From an uncultured archaeon (GTDB taxonomy: Archaea > Asgardarchaeota > Lokiarchaeia > Sigyniarchaeales > SOKP01), in NCBI GenBank assembly GCA_964525635.1, contig CAZGJX010000023.1, positions 1-43,928 of the forward strand: DNA of 43,928 nt, in the 5' to 3' direction. Shown piece by piece: positions 19,820-28,836 of the stretch. Position 1 is the stretch's first letter. Each line of letters opens with the position of its first letter. Under the pieces are notes generated by a model. The model saw only the letters and a program-made list of their open reading frames with translations, did not search any database and was not told the origin of the DNA. Both the position numbers and the translations under genes were made by a program.

Positions 19820-20791
19820 TTAAATCCCTTTGTTTAGATATTTTATTTGCCACTTATATGTTTTTTCTAAACCTTCATCAATATTAAATTTAGGATTAAA
19901 ATCTAATATTTTTTGAGCCTTTTCTATTTTAGAAAAAGTAATATTTACATCTCCTTGTTTTTTTTCAACATATTGTACATTTTTTGGTTTGTTTGCAATC
20001 TTATACATTTTATTAACTAATTCATTTACAGAAACCGTATTTGAGGTCCCTAAATTAAATACCTCACCATTAGAATTTTTATTTTCAGCAGCTAGAATTA
20101 AACCATCTACAATATCTCCAACATAAGTAAAATCTCTTAATTGCTCCCCATTTCCAAAGATCTTTATCTTTTTATTTTGTATAATAAAATTAAAGAATTT
20201 TCCAATTGCCATATCAGTTCTTCCATGAGGTCCATAAACAGTATAAAATCTTAAAGAGGTTATTGGTAGATTATACTCACGATAATAATAATCAGCATAT
20301 AATTCACAACATAACTTCGAAATTCCATATGGTGAAATAGGATTTTTTGGATGATCTTCATCTACAGGTGTATACAATGGATTTCCATATACAGATGATG
20401 ATGATGAATAAATAATTTTATCAAGATTTAAATTTAAAGCTAGTTCAAGAATATTTATTGTGCTTATAATATTATTATTTGAAAACGTATTCGCATGATT
20501 TATCGAATAGCGAACATTTGCGTGAGCAGCTAAGTGAAAAATAATATCTAATTCATGACTTACTTTTTTTAAAATATTATTATCTACAAGATTTCCCTTT
20601 ATGATATCATAATCTTCCTTGATTGTATAAGATTCTAAAATTTTATGAAGTCGTGCCTCCTTTTCATAAGAATTATTCATAAAAGAATCAATTATTAGGA
20701 CATAGTTATCTTCCTTTAATAATTTCTTCAGAAGATTTACACCTATAAATCCTGCTCCACCAGTTATTAAAATATTTTTATTTTTTATCAT
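19820..20791 (-). CDS. UDP-glucuronate 4-epimerase-like extended SDR
   Basis: TGGAGFIG, HLAA.ANVRYS, SSSSVYG, YGISK and LRFYTVYGP.GR.DMA motifs. Confidence 0.88.
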   Translation of the reverse strand: MIKNKNILITGGAGFIGVNLLKKLLKEDNYVLIIDSFMNNSYEKEARLHKILESYTIKEDYDIIKGNLVDNNILKKVSHELDIIFHLAAHANVRYSINHANTFSNNNIISTINILELALNLNLDKIIYSSSSSVYGNPLYTPVDEDHPKNPISPYGISKLCCELYADYYYREYNLPITSLRFYTVYGPHGRTDMAIGKFFNFIIQNKKIKIFGNGEQLRDFTYVGDIVDGLILAAENKNSNGEVFNLGTSNTVSVNELVNKMYKIANKPKNVQYVEKKQGDVNITFSKIEKAQKILDFNPKFNIDEGLEKTYKWQIKYLNKGI

Positions 20792-21011
20792 AAAGAAATA
20801 TAATTTCTTATCTATTTCGATAATTCCTTATGTATCATTGAAATCTTAGATCCTTATTTAATACTTCTATTCACAATTCCAATACCAATTCAAGCAAAGA
20901 ATATATCATATTTTAATAAAAAATTGATGAATCTTGATGTTATTACTATTAAATAATTTATTTTTTGAACCCTAAAAAAAAACTCCTAATATTGCTTTAT
21001 ATTTACTATTT

Positions 21012-21845
21012 TCAATAAACTGAAAAATATTTGATATATATTTTATAAATTATATATGCTAATCTTGGGAATAAAATAAGCAATCTTAAAAATCCTCTAT
21101 TTAATCCAGAAAAGAGAGAATCTCTATATCCATATTCTCTAATTGCTTTTTTTTTAATCCTATAGGTATTTATTAATGTTTCTTTGAGAAATTTATTCTT
21201 TACCTGATTTGAATTTAGTCTATATTTTATTAGTGGTTCTGAGAGATTTTTTAATTTCCACTTTCTTCCTACTCTCAACCAATAATCATAATCTTGACAT
21301 ACAAACCATTTTTTATCATAAAGACCAATCTTATTAATTACTTTCTTTCTTAGTGTGACACTAGATTGTGTAAATGGATTTATGTTTCCAATTTTCTTTT
21401 TAATCTCTTCATTTTCTAATGGATAATTTCTTTTTCCTATTATTTTAGACTCCTCATTAATTATAACAGCATTAGAGCCCACCATACCATAATCAGGGTT
21501 ATTTTCAAGGAAATTAATTTGTTTCTCTAGTCTATTAAGAATTGCAACATCATCACTATCAATAATTGAATAATATTTAGCTTCTGGTGAACTACGTTTG
21601 AAACCTCTATTTCTTGTCTCGACTATTTTTAAATTTGTTTTATTTCTATAACATTTAATCCTCTTATCGATTTTGGAATAACTTTGAATTATATCCCAAC
21701 TATCATCTGTGGAACAATCATCAATTATGATATATTCAAAATTTTCATAAGTTTGATTGATTATGCTTTCGATTGTTTCAGAAATATATTTTGAATTATT
21801 ATAATTTGGAGTGAAAACTGACACTAATGGTTTATTTTTTTCCAT
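21012..21845 (-). CDS. GT2 glycosyltransferase
   Basis: PNYN, IIDDCSTD, DSDD and QDYDYWLR motifs. Confidence 0.92.
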   Translation of the reverse strand: MEKNKPLVSVFTPNYNNSKYISETIESIINQTYENFEYIIIDDCSTDDSWDIIQSYSKIDKRIKCYRNKTNLKIVETRNRGFKRSSPEAKYYSIIDSDDVAILNRLEKQINFLENNPDYGMVGSNAVIINEESKIIGKRNYPLENEEIKKKIGNINPFTQSSVTLRKKVINKIGLYDKKWFVCQDYDYWLRVGRKWKLKNLSEPLIKYRLNSNQVKNKFLKETLINTYRIKKKAIREYGYRDSLFSGLNRGFLRLLILFPRLAYIIYKIYIKYFSVY

Positions 21846-22043
21846 TTTTCAAACTAGTTATAAACTTATTATTAATTCATGAGTTCAATTCTCAATATAT
21901 CAAATATAAATCCTTGATTATTATAAAAATTACTTGAATGAAATTATTTTATTTAGATTTTATTGATTTTATAACTTCAATTATCTTTTATTTTAATGAT
22001 ATACACAATAAGTAGGTTAGATCTGATATATATTTTTAATGGG

Positions 22044-22919
22044 TCAATCTTTCAGTTTTTTATTACTTTTTATTTGAGCAAATTTTGAAAATAACTGATG
22101 TAATATATTAAAAATACCTCCTTTCTCTTCCTTTTGACCTAATTGAAGATAATAATAATATTTCAATAATAAGAATTTAAATCTAAACCAGTTATAAATG
22201 TAAGAATTTATACCAAAATTCAGAAATTCTCTTCTATATTTCTGAAATAGTGATTTAGTTCCATTAATTTTCTTAATATAATTATAACTTATTTGATTAT
22301 CAGAGGTATGTTGTATTGCTAAACATTTTGGAACAAAATCAAAATTACATCTCTTTGCTAATCTTAAAGCTAAATCATATTCTTGATTTGAAGAAAGATT
22401 GATATCGAACTTAACAATAAATTCTGTTTTTATCAACATACTACATGTTCCATAAATACAATAACTCTTAAATAAATTCTTGAGAATGTTACCCCTAATA
22501 TGATTTCTCTTTATACCTGAGATATCAACTCTTTTATACTCTATATCACATACAACAACCCCTAGATTTTTAATTCTAGAGGTTTGAAATTTATTTAATT
22601 GAATTTCTATCTTTTTTGGTAATAATTCGTCATCATCATCTAAAAAATTAATATAACTTCCTTTTGAAAGAATGATACCTTTATTTCTGCTAAATGTTGG
22701 ACCTTTATTTTCTTTATTACGATAATATCTTATTCGATTATCCTTGAAAGCCTTAATAGTTGGTAAAAGATTAGTCATTGAATTATCATCAATAATAATC
22801 ACTTCGATATTTCTATATGATTGATTTAAAACAGAATGAATAGCTCTTTGGAGGTATTTTGGTCGATTATACGTTGGAATTATTATAGAAACTAAGGGAT
22901 TATTCATATTATAAGACAT
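22044..22919 (-). CDS. GT2 glycosyltransferase
   Basis: IIPTYNR, IIDDNS, FLDDDD and QEYDL motifs. Confidence 0.92.
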   Translation of the reverse strand: MSYNMNNPLVSIIIPTYNRPKYLQRAIHSVLNQSYRNIEVIIIDDNSMTNLLPTIKAFKDNRIRYYRNKENKGPTFSRNKGIILSKGSYINFLDDDDELLPKKIEIQLNKFQTSRIKNLGVVVCDIEYKRVDISGIKRNHIRGNILKNLFKSYCIYGTCSMLIKTEFIVKFDINLSSNQEYDLALRLAKRCNFDFVPKCLAIQHTSDNQISYNYIKKINGTKSLFQKYRREFLNFGINSYIYNWFRFKFLLLKYYYYLQLGQKEEKGGIFNILHQLFSKFAQIKSNKKLKD

Positions 22920-23064
22920 TATATTTAATGATTTTAATTAAATACATTATAAAAATTTCTCGAATTTTTAACATTATTTAAGGTTATATCAAACTTACAT
23001 ACTTTCTAATGTGGTTAGTCTACTTTTTTTTTACCCTAATTAAAGCAGAAAGCCATGTCCTTTA

Positions 23065-24378
23065 CAGTAGTTCGTAATTTTATAATCTTACATTTCTATC
23101 ACCTTTTCCTTTTCAAAATGTTATCAAGAGAAAATATTGAGTAACAATTTGAGTCTTAGGGTTCTGGATTGCATGAAGGGCACTCCAAATGCACCATTCA
23201 TGAATTCAAGCAATCTTTCTTGATATCTGAATACCTGCCAAATATTCCAAAGATATATAGCAATAAGAAAAAGAAATAGGCGCGTGCTTAAATTTACAGA
23301 ACAGGTTCGAGGTTGAAATAGATGCTTATCTCTATATCCCGTCTCTATGTTAAATCTAAGCTTGTAAAGCTTATCTGCCTGCTTGGGAGTGATGTCTAGG
23401 AAGGGAGTTTTCATGAGTGCTTTGACTTTACCATTTAAAAGCTGTGTTGTCACCTCAATTGGAACAGTGAGCTTTCTGATCCAAGTATCTCTTAAATCTA
23501 CTCTATGCCATCTTCTCTGCCAATTGCGTGGTTCTACCATTTTATAATGAGCAAGTGAAGTTTTAACCCGTCGAGTCATGATTTTTCGAGCAATACATGG
23601 AACATTCATTTCTGTTAGCTTGCGTAAAACGCGTACTGTTGGGAACTCACCATCCATTATTATAAGATTTGGTTTTAAGAGGTGTGATACTCTTTCATAG
23701 AGTTGAAGAAAGAGATCGTAGATCTTTGCACCAGGAGGACGATGGATGACCGCTATAGTAAAATTAAATTTATCAAGATGGATATCAGCAGTGAGAAAGG
23801 TATACCCTTTATTAGTACTATGCTTTAATGGTCCTTTTTTAATATCTGGATTATCATTATTCCCATAATATGGATCTACATGAAAATCAAGGATGAATAT
23901 TCCTTTTTTCTCTATATCATTCCTAAGTTTATTTGAAAGATTGTTATAAGAAGATTTTAATAAGTTATTAATAAAATCCTCCATGATCGCTGGAGATACA
24001 TCCCTTAAGCACTTGAGAATGAGTTCAGACGAAGGATAGCCTGTTCTACATTCTCTTAGGAGTCGTGTTGCACTTGAGATCGACCAATCATGAGTGGCTG
24101 CTAACTCAATAGGTGAAATGAAGCTACCTGGCATGTATCGCTGAGTATTAAATCCAGGAAATGCATGTGCTGGATGCAAGTCCTGCCATGAATGTCGAAG
24201 GTTTAAAAAGGAACGTGACTTTCTTATACCTAAGAAAACCTTCCGTTTTTTCTGATTTTGAGTGATCATGAAAAAACGAATGTTTTCTTCTATTTCAAGC
24301 TTTGGTTACCTGTCTATTATTTTGCAATTTCAACTAAATCAAAATTTTGGGTATGCCTTTATTTTTTACGAAGTACTG
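23065..24378 (-). mobile_element. ISH3-family (IS4-like) insertion sequence, 1314 bp
   Basis: Terminal IRs CAGTAGTTCGTAA / CAGTACTTCGTAA (12/13 match), 4-bp TSD TTTA (23061-64 and 24379-82), DDE transposase, higher GC than the flanks. Confidence 0.9.
23124..24269 (-). CDS. ISH3/IS4-like DDE transposase, apparently intact
   Basis: ILDFHVDPYYG, MDGEF and YKLRFNIETGYR (Y-2-R-3-E signature). Confidence 0.9.
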   Translation of the reverse strand: MITQNQKKRKVFLGIRKSRSFLNLRHSWQDLHPAHAFPGFNTQRYMPGSFISPIELAATHDWSISSATRLLRECRTGYPSSELILKCLRDVSPAIMEDFINNLLKSSYNNLSNKLRNDIEKKGIFILDFHVDPYYGNNDNPDIKKGPLKHSTNKGYTFLTADIHLDKFNFTIAVIHRPPGAKIYDLFLQLYERVSHLLKPNLIIMDGEFPTVRVLRKLTEMNVPCIARKIMTRRVKTSLAHYKMVEPRNWQRRWHRVDLRDTWIRKLTVPIEVTTQLLNGKVKALMKTPFLDITPKQADKLYKLRFNIETGYRDKHLFQPRTCSVNLSTRLFLFLIAIYLWNIWQVFRYQERLLEFMNGAFGVPFMQSRTLRLKLLLNIFS

Positions 24379-24469
24379 TTTAGGGCATGGATGAATGCTT
24401 TTAAATGAAGATTTTATTAAATTTTCTCTGAGCTCATTTTTAAATAAAAATATATCTTTCTTTCTTAAA

Positions 24470-25720
24470 ATGCTTCGAACTAACATCTTGGAACTGAAAC
24501 CTACAAAACAACAAGAAAAAATTTTAAAAGAGATGTTAGTAAGAAGTAGTGCTCTATGGAATGTGGGCAATTTTCAAAAACGACAGGCCTTTTTTGGAAA
24601 AAATGCCCCAATTCCTTCATTTTTTAAACAATGTGAGGAATTGAAAACTCACGAACTCTATATATCCTTAGGGAGTGCATATTCTCAACAAATTTTAAAG
24701 AAATTAGATACCTCATGGCAATCATTTTGGAACTCACTTACTTCTGAAAAAGTAGATCACAGAGTTTCTATTCCCTCTTATTTTAAGAATTATAAGACCA
24801 ATCAAACACTCCCTAAATTATTGATTTGCAGGAATGATTGCTATCGAATTGATCCTAACCATATCTATATCCCTTGCTCTAAAGATTTAAAAAAAACAAA
24901 TGGAATCAAAGGATTATTAAAGATATCATATAATGAAATACGGAAATGGAAAGGTCTTAAGAAATCTATGGAAATTAAATATTTTACTTATAATAAGAAA
25001 TTCTATGCATATCAAATCGAAGACGTAGCCCCTTCCCCTATCCAATCTAAGGAACAAAATATATGTTCTATTGATATGGGAATTAAAAGATATATAGCAG
25101 CATATATTAAGAATTCTAACGATTTTTGTATAGTTTATGAATCAGAACACATTTTTAAGAACTATCTCACTATTTCAAAAAAGATCGCTTACTATCAAGC
25201 AATCGCAAAATTAGAAAACAACCGATAAAGTACCCATAGAATAAGACGACTTTATCTTAAACGAAAAAGAGCTCTTGCCAATTACCTTAATAATATTCTT
25301 GCTCATTTATTTAGGAAATTACAGAACTATCATGTTTCTGCAATTATTCTTGGAGATTTAAAGGGAATCAGAACTTCCCAAATTCCTCACATTTATTCTG
25401 TAGTTTCTTAAGAAAAAGATGATAAGACCAGTAGTTTTGTATCATCTTATTTATCTTCTTCTTATTGCGATAATAAGGAGGAATTTGGAATTAAACTCAT
25501 CCAAATAAATGAATCATATACTTCATCTACATGTCCTATCTGTAAGGAGAGGATTGTTCCAAACGATAGAGTCTTTCGATGTCCCTATTGTGGTTATAAG
25601 CAAAATAGAGATGTAGTAGGGTGTATTAATATATTAGAGATACATATTCACGATTATCATAGAAATGATATAAGGCTAGAGACCTATCCTGTAGTGTCTA
25701 AGATTCTGATTGAGTCTTAG
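24470..25720 (+). pseudogene. tnpB: TnpB RNA-guided endonuclease pseudogene
   Basis: LKPTKQQE HTH, RuvC-I SIDMG, ILGDL, ESYTSSTCPIC..CPYCG zinc finger, RuvC-III NRDVVGCINI. In-frame TAA at 25226 and an inverted segment at 25389-25477. Confidence 0.93.
25378..25488. repeat. 11-bp inverted repeat flanking an 89-bp inversion
   Basis: CCAAATTCCTC at 25378-25388 and GAGGAATTTGG at 25478-25488. Confidence 0.9.
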
Positions 25721-25779
25721 GGACTACGAATCCATCCCCTTCTGGGAATGGTAGTTCAATTCATATTTTTAATTAAAAA
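25560..25779 (+). ncRNA. putative TnpB reRNA/omegaRNA scaffold plus flank-derived guide (5' boundary approximate)
   Basis: By analogy to characterised TnpB systems, the scaffold overlaps the tnpB 3' end and right-end hairpin, and the guide follows TCAA. Expression is not shown. Confidence 0.4.
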
Positions 25780-25897
25780 TTTTCGGTAAATTTGAATTTT
25801 GATTATCTTTTTTAGCTCATCTTAAAATTTATTTTATTTGATATTTTTTAAAAGTTAACTAATTTGTATTCTTCTTAAAAATAAAGTTGTAGTTAAA

Positions 25898-27541
25898 GTG
25901 GAAGATAAAAAGATAAAAGATCAGAAATATTCAGATGATAAAATTCTTATTCAAAATTCATTTTATTCTTTTCTGAATACCTACGGAAATTTTTTTTTTT
26001 TTTTAATCATAACAGTTTTAATAGCGAGATTAGTAGGTGAGGAAGAATGGGACCACTTCATTATTATTAATTCATATATCCTAATAATAACAATTATATT
26101 ATCATTCTTCCCGCCAGGATTACAAAGAACTCTACATTATTATCTTCCAAAATATATATCCCTAAAAGATAATAATAATTTAAAGATTCTAATAAAAACA
26201 TCTCTTGTTTCAAAATTTATTTTTCTTTTGCCAATTTTCTTTATAAGCTTATTAGTTTTTTATTTTTTCCAAGATTCATTTACAATCATTTTGCAAAAAG
26301 AAAATGTAAATCTTTTATTTCTAATATCCCCATTAATTATAATAATCAGTATGGAACTTGTTCTAAATTCAATCAATGAAGGCTTTAATAAATACCATAT
26401 ACTTTTCTTTCTTTTACTTATAAAATATTTCCTTTATATTGGATCATTACTTTTAGTTTTCCTTTATGTTGGTGATTTAGATTTAGAACTTATTGTTATC
26501 ATAAATGTTCTAACCTTTTCTATTCCTTTTATGATTAATTTTCTCTATGTGTTAAGTCTATATTTTAAGATTAAAAAATCAACTCAAATTCCAATATTAC
26601 ATAGTGAACAGTTTAAAAATATTTTAAAATATGGTATTCCTGTTAGAGGAGCTAGATTTTTATCTGAAATTTGGGGAGAAATCCAAACGATATCAATTGC
26701 AGCATTCGATCGTGATTATGTATCTGGATTTTATATAGCGAAGACTTATCTTTCAGTAACAAGTAATGCTATTAACACATTTACTTCACCTCTAACAGTT
26801 AGTTTTTCAAGTTTGATCGCGAAAAACCAGAAAGAAAAAGTCATATCGATTTATAAATTGATAGTTAAATATTCATTACTCTTCTTTCTACTCTTAACAG
26901 GACTTATGTTCATAGCAACAGATTGTATATTATATATTTTTGGAGAAGAATACCGTCAATACTCTTTTATAGTTAAAATTTATCTTTTTTCTTTTCTATT
27001 TTTATCCTTTGCTTCTCCTTTTGATTCTTTAATGTTGGCGGAGAATAAAGGGACTATTATTTTATATTTACGAATAATTGGATTAATTTTAAGATTACCA
27101 CTATTTCTAATTCTACTGATTTCTTATGGAACAATTCCCGCTATATGTGGAGTTATTCTTAGTAATCTGATCTTTGGTATTATTTATTTAATATTCAATA
27201 AAAAAGTGGGAAAAATAGATTTGAATATAAAGCAAATAATTCTCCAATACTTGATATTCTTTATCTCACTTACTTTAATTTATATTCTAAAAATATTAAT
27301 TTTGGATGATATTGAATTATATATTTTTAAATCTTCAAACCTCAAGCTTTTTTATCATTTATCTCCATTATCATTATTGTTGTTTTTTTGTATATTTCTT
27401 TTCCTAAATATTATCTTGAAAGTTATTTTAATAGAAGATATCGAAAAATTAAAAAAAATTTTTCAAAAACAACCTCTCATTAATAAGATTTTGGCAGTCA
27501 TTTTAAAAATTCTTAGAGTTATCACTAGACAGAAAAAATAA
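25898..27541 (+). CDS. oligosaccharide flippase (Wzx/MOP superfamily)
   Basis: About 14 TM segments, IARLVGEEEW and ILKYGIP patterns, located in a glycan locus. Confidence 0.85.
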   Translation: MEDKKIKDQKYSDDKILIQNSFYSFLNTYGNFFFFLIITVLIARLVGEEEWDHFIIINSYILIITIILSFFPPGLQRTLHYYLPKYISLKDNNNLKILIKTSLVSKFIFLLPIFFISLLVFYFFQDSFTIILQKENVNLLFLISPLIIIISMELVLNSINEGFNKYHILFFLLLIKYFLYIGSLLLVFLYVGDLDLELIVIINVLTFSIPFMINFLYVLSLYFKIKKSTQIPILHSEQFKNILKYGIPVRGARFLSEIWGEIQTISIAAFDRDYVSGFYIAKTYLSVTSNAINTFTSPLTVSFSSLIAKNQKEKVISIYKLIVKYSLLFFLLLTGLMFIATDCILYIFGEEYRQYSFIVKIYLFSFLFLSFASPFDSLMLAENKGTIILYLRIIGLILRLPLFLILLISYGTIPAICGVILSNLIFGIIYLIFNKKVGKIDLNIKQIILQYLIFFISLTLIYILKILILDDIELYIFKSSNLKLFYHLSPLSLLLFFCIFLFLNIILKVILIEDIEKLKKIFQKQPLINKILAVILKILRVITRQKK

Positions 27542-27571
27542 ACTTCAATGTTATTAAATTATTGTTATTTC

Positions 27572-28804
27572 TTATTTTAAAAGTAATTTTAAGGATTTAA
27601 GGATTTTAATAATATAAAACTCAAAGATAATTAAAAACTTACATTTTCTACCAATTTTTCTAAATAAATTTGCTTTAAACAATTTTATTCTAATCTTTAA
27701 CAAGGAGACAAGTCCTATTTTTTTATAAGAATGATATAAGTAATTATTATAGGTTAATATCTTATTTTTCAACGAGATTTTTTGAGATTTTACAATATTA
27801 TTAAAATCTTCAGCTTTAGATTGGAATAAATAACTATATTCTTGGAAAATTCTCTTTCCTTTTTCTGTTCTTATTATTATATTAGATTTTCCTTTTATAT
27901 CATAACCATCTTTTATATAACAATCCCCAAATGAAACATCTGCTAAATGGTTTAGCTTATCGTAGCAATATAAACATCTATTTAGTCTGAAATATTTTTT
28001 ACATAAAAGACGAAATCCCCTACTTAGTAAATACTTTTTTCCTTCTTCTGATAATATTTTAGAATTGCCCGGCCATCCATATTTTTCCTTACTTCTATAA
28101 TAAAATGCTTTTATTTTTATATCTTTATTCTCATAAATTCTCTTTATAAAATTAAGAAAATCATAGTTCATAGTTGAATCACAAAATAAACCTAAATATA
28201 GCAGGTCAAGTTTCTTGTTTTTATTAATTCCTTTAAGATAATTTATAATGGTATATATTTGACAAGGAGTTCCGACAATAATATAACTTTTTTTTTCTTT
28301 AATTTTCTTAATTTGATCCAAGATGTTGAAAATAGAAGCTGGTAAATATTTAGAACCTGTTGAGCTTTTAATATCCCTATTATCTATAATTAATTTAATA
28401 TAAGCAGGATAATTATTAATATCCTTATAATCTAAGACAAATGCGCCATCATATTTCTTATCTTTTAATAATTCACTTACCAGAGTGGTTATAATACCTC
28501 CACTAGTTGAAATTTTACGTACTTGTTCATCTTTACTGTACATTTCATAACATTGAATTATTCCATTTTTTTCAATATCCAAATATGATTTAAAATTGAA
28601 TAATTTTAAAGGATCAAGATTTATTCCAGGACATATTTTTAAACAAAGACTACAATTTGTACATTTGTCTGATATAATTTCAGGTAAAAATTGTCCTTTA
28701 TGAAACATCATCTCGATTGCATTAACAGGACAAATAAATCTACATGCTTCACATGAAAGACATAAATTCCGTCTTACCGTTTCTCTAATATCTTTATTTG
28801 CCAT
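27572..28804 (-). CDS. FrhB/FdhB-like (F420 dehydrogenase beta) protein with 2x[4Fe-4S]
   Basis: CLSCEACRFICP, CTNCSLCLKICP, STSGG, GSKY, VGTPCQ, GLFC and CLYC..ADVSFGD motifs. Confidence 0.9.
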   Translation of the reverse strand: MANKDIRETVRRNLCLSCEACRFICPVNAIEMMFHKGQFLPEIISDKCTNCSLCLKICPGINLDPLKLFNFKSYLDIEKNGIIQCYEMYSKDEQVRKISTSGGIITTLVSELLKDKKYDGAFVLDYKDINNYPAYIKLIIDNRDIKSSTGSKYLPASIFNILDQIKKIKEKKSYIIVGTPCQIYTIINYLKGINKNKKLDLLYLGLFCDSTMNYDFLNFIKRIYENKDIKIKAFYYRSKEKYGWPGNSKILSEEGKKYLLSRGFRLLCKKYFRLNRCLYCYDKLNHLADVSFGDCYIKDGYDIKGKSNIIIRTEKGKRIFQEYSYLFQSKAEDFNNIVKSQKISLKNKILTYNNYLYHSYKKIGLVSLLKIRIKLFKANLFRKIGRKCKFLIIFEFYIIKILKSLKLLLK

Positions 28805-28836
28805 AATTAATTAAGGATTATGTTTTGAATTTATGA

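Larger units (their letters stand above)
23035..25759 (+). mobile_element. IS200/IS605-family tnpB-only (IS1341-type) element with IS608-like ends, interrupted by ISH3
   Basis: Target TTAC at 23031-34. Left end AAAG-ccatgtcc-TTTA-gggcatgg once the ISH3 is removed. Right end GAAT-ccatcccc-ttct-gggaatgg-tagt-TCAA at 25728-25759. tnpB inside, no tnpA. Confidence 0.88.

Noticed and set aside
24395-25228. 277-aa ORF as a complete protein or TldR-like regulator
   Set aside because: It is the 5' part of tnpB. Homology continues in frame past the TAA, and the extra N-terminal 25 codons are element-end sequence.
27572-28804. F420-reducing hydrogenase complex
   Set aside because: No alpha or gamma subunits or maturation genes; the context is glycan synthesis.
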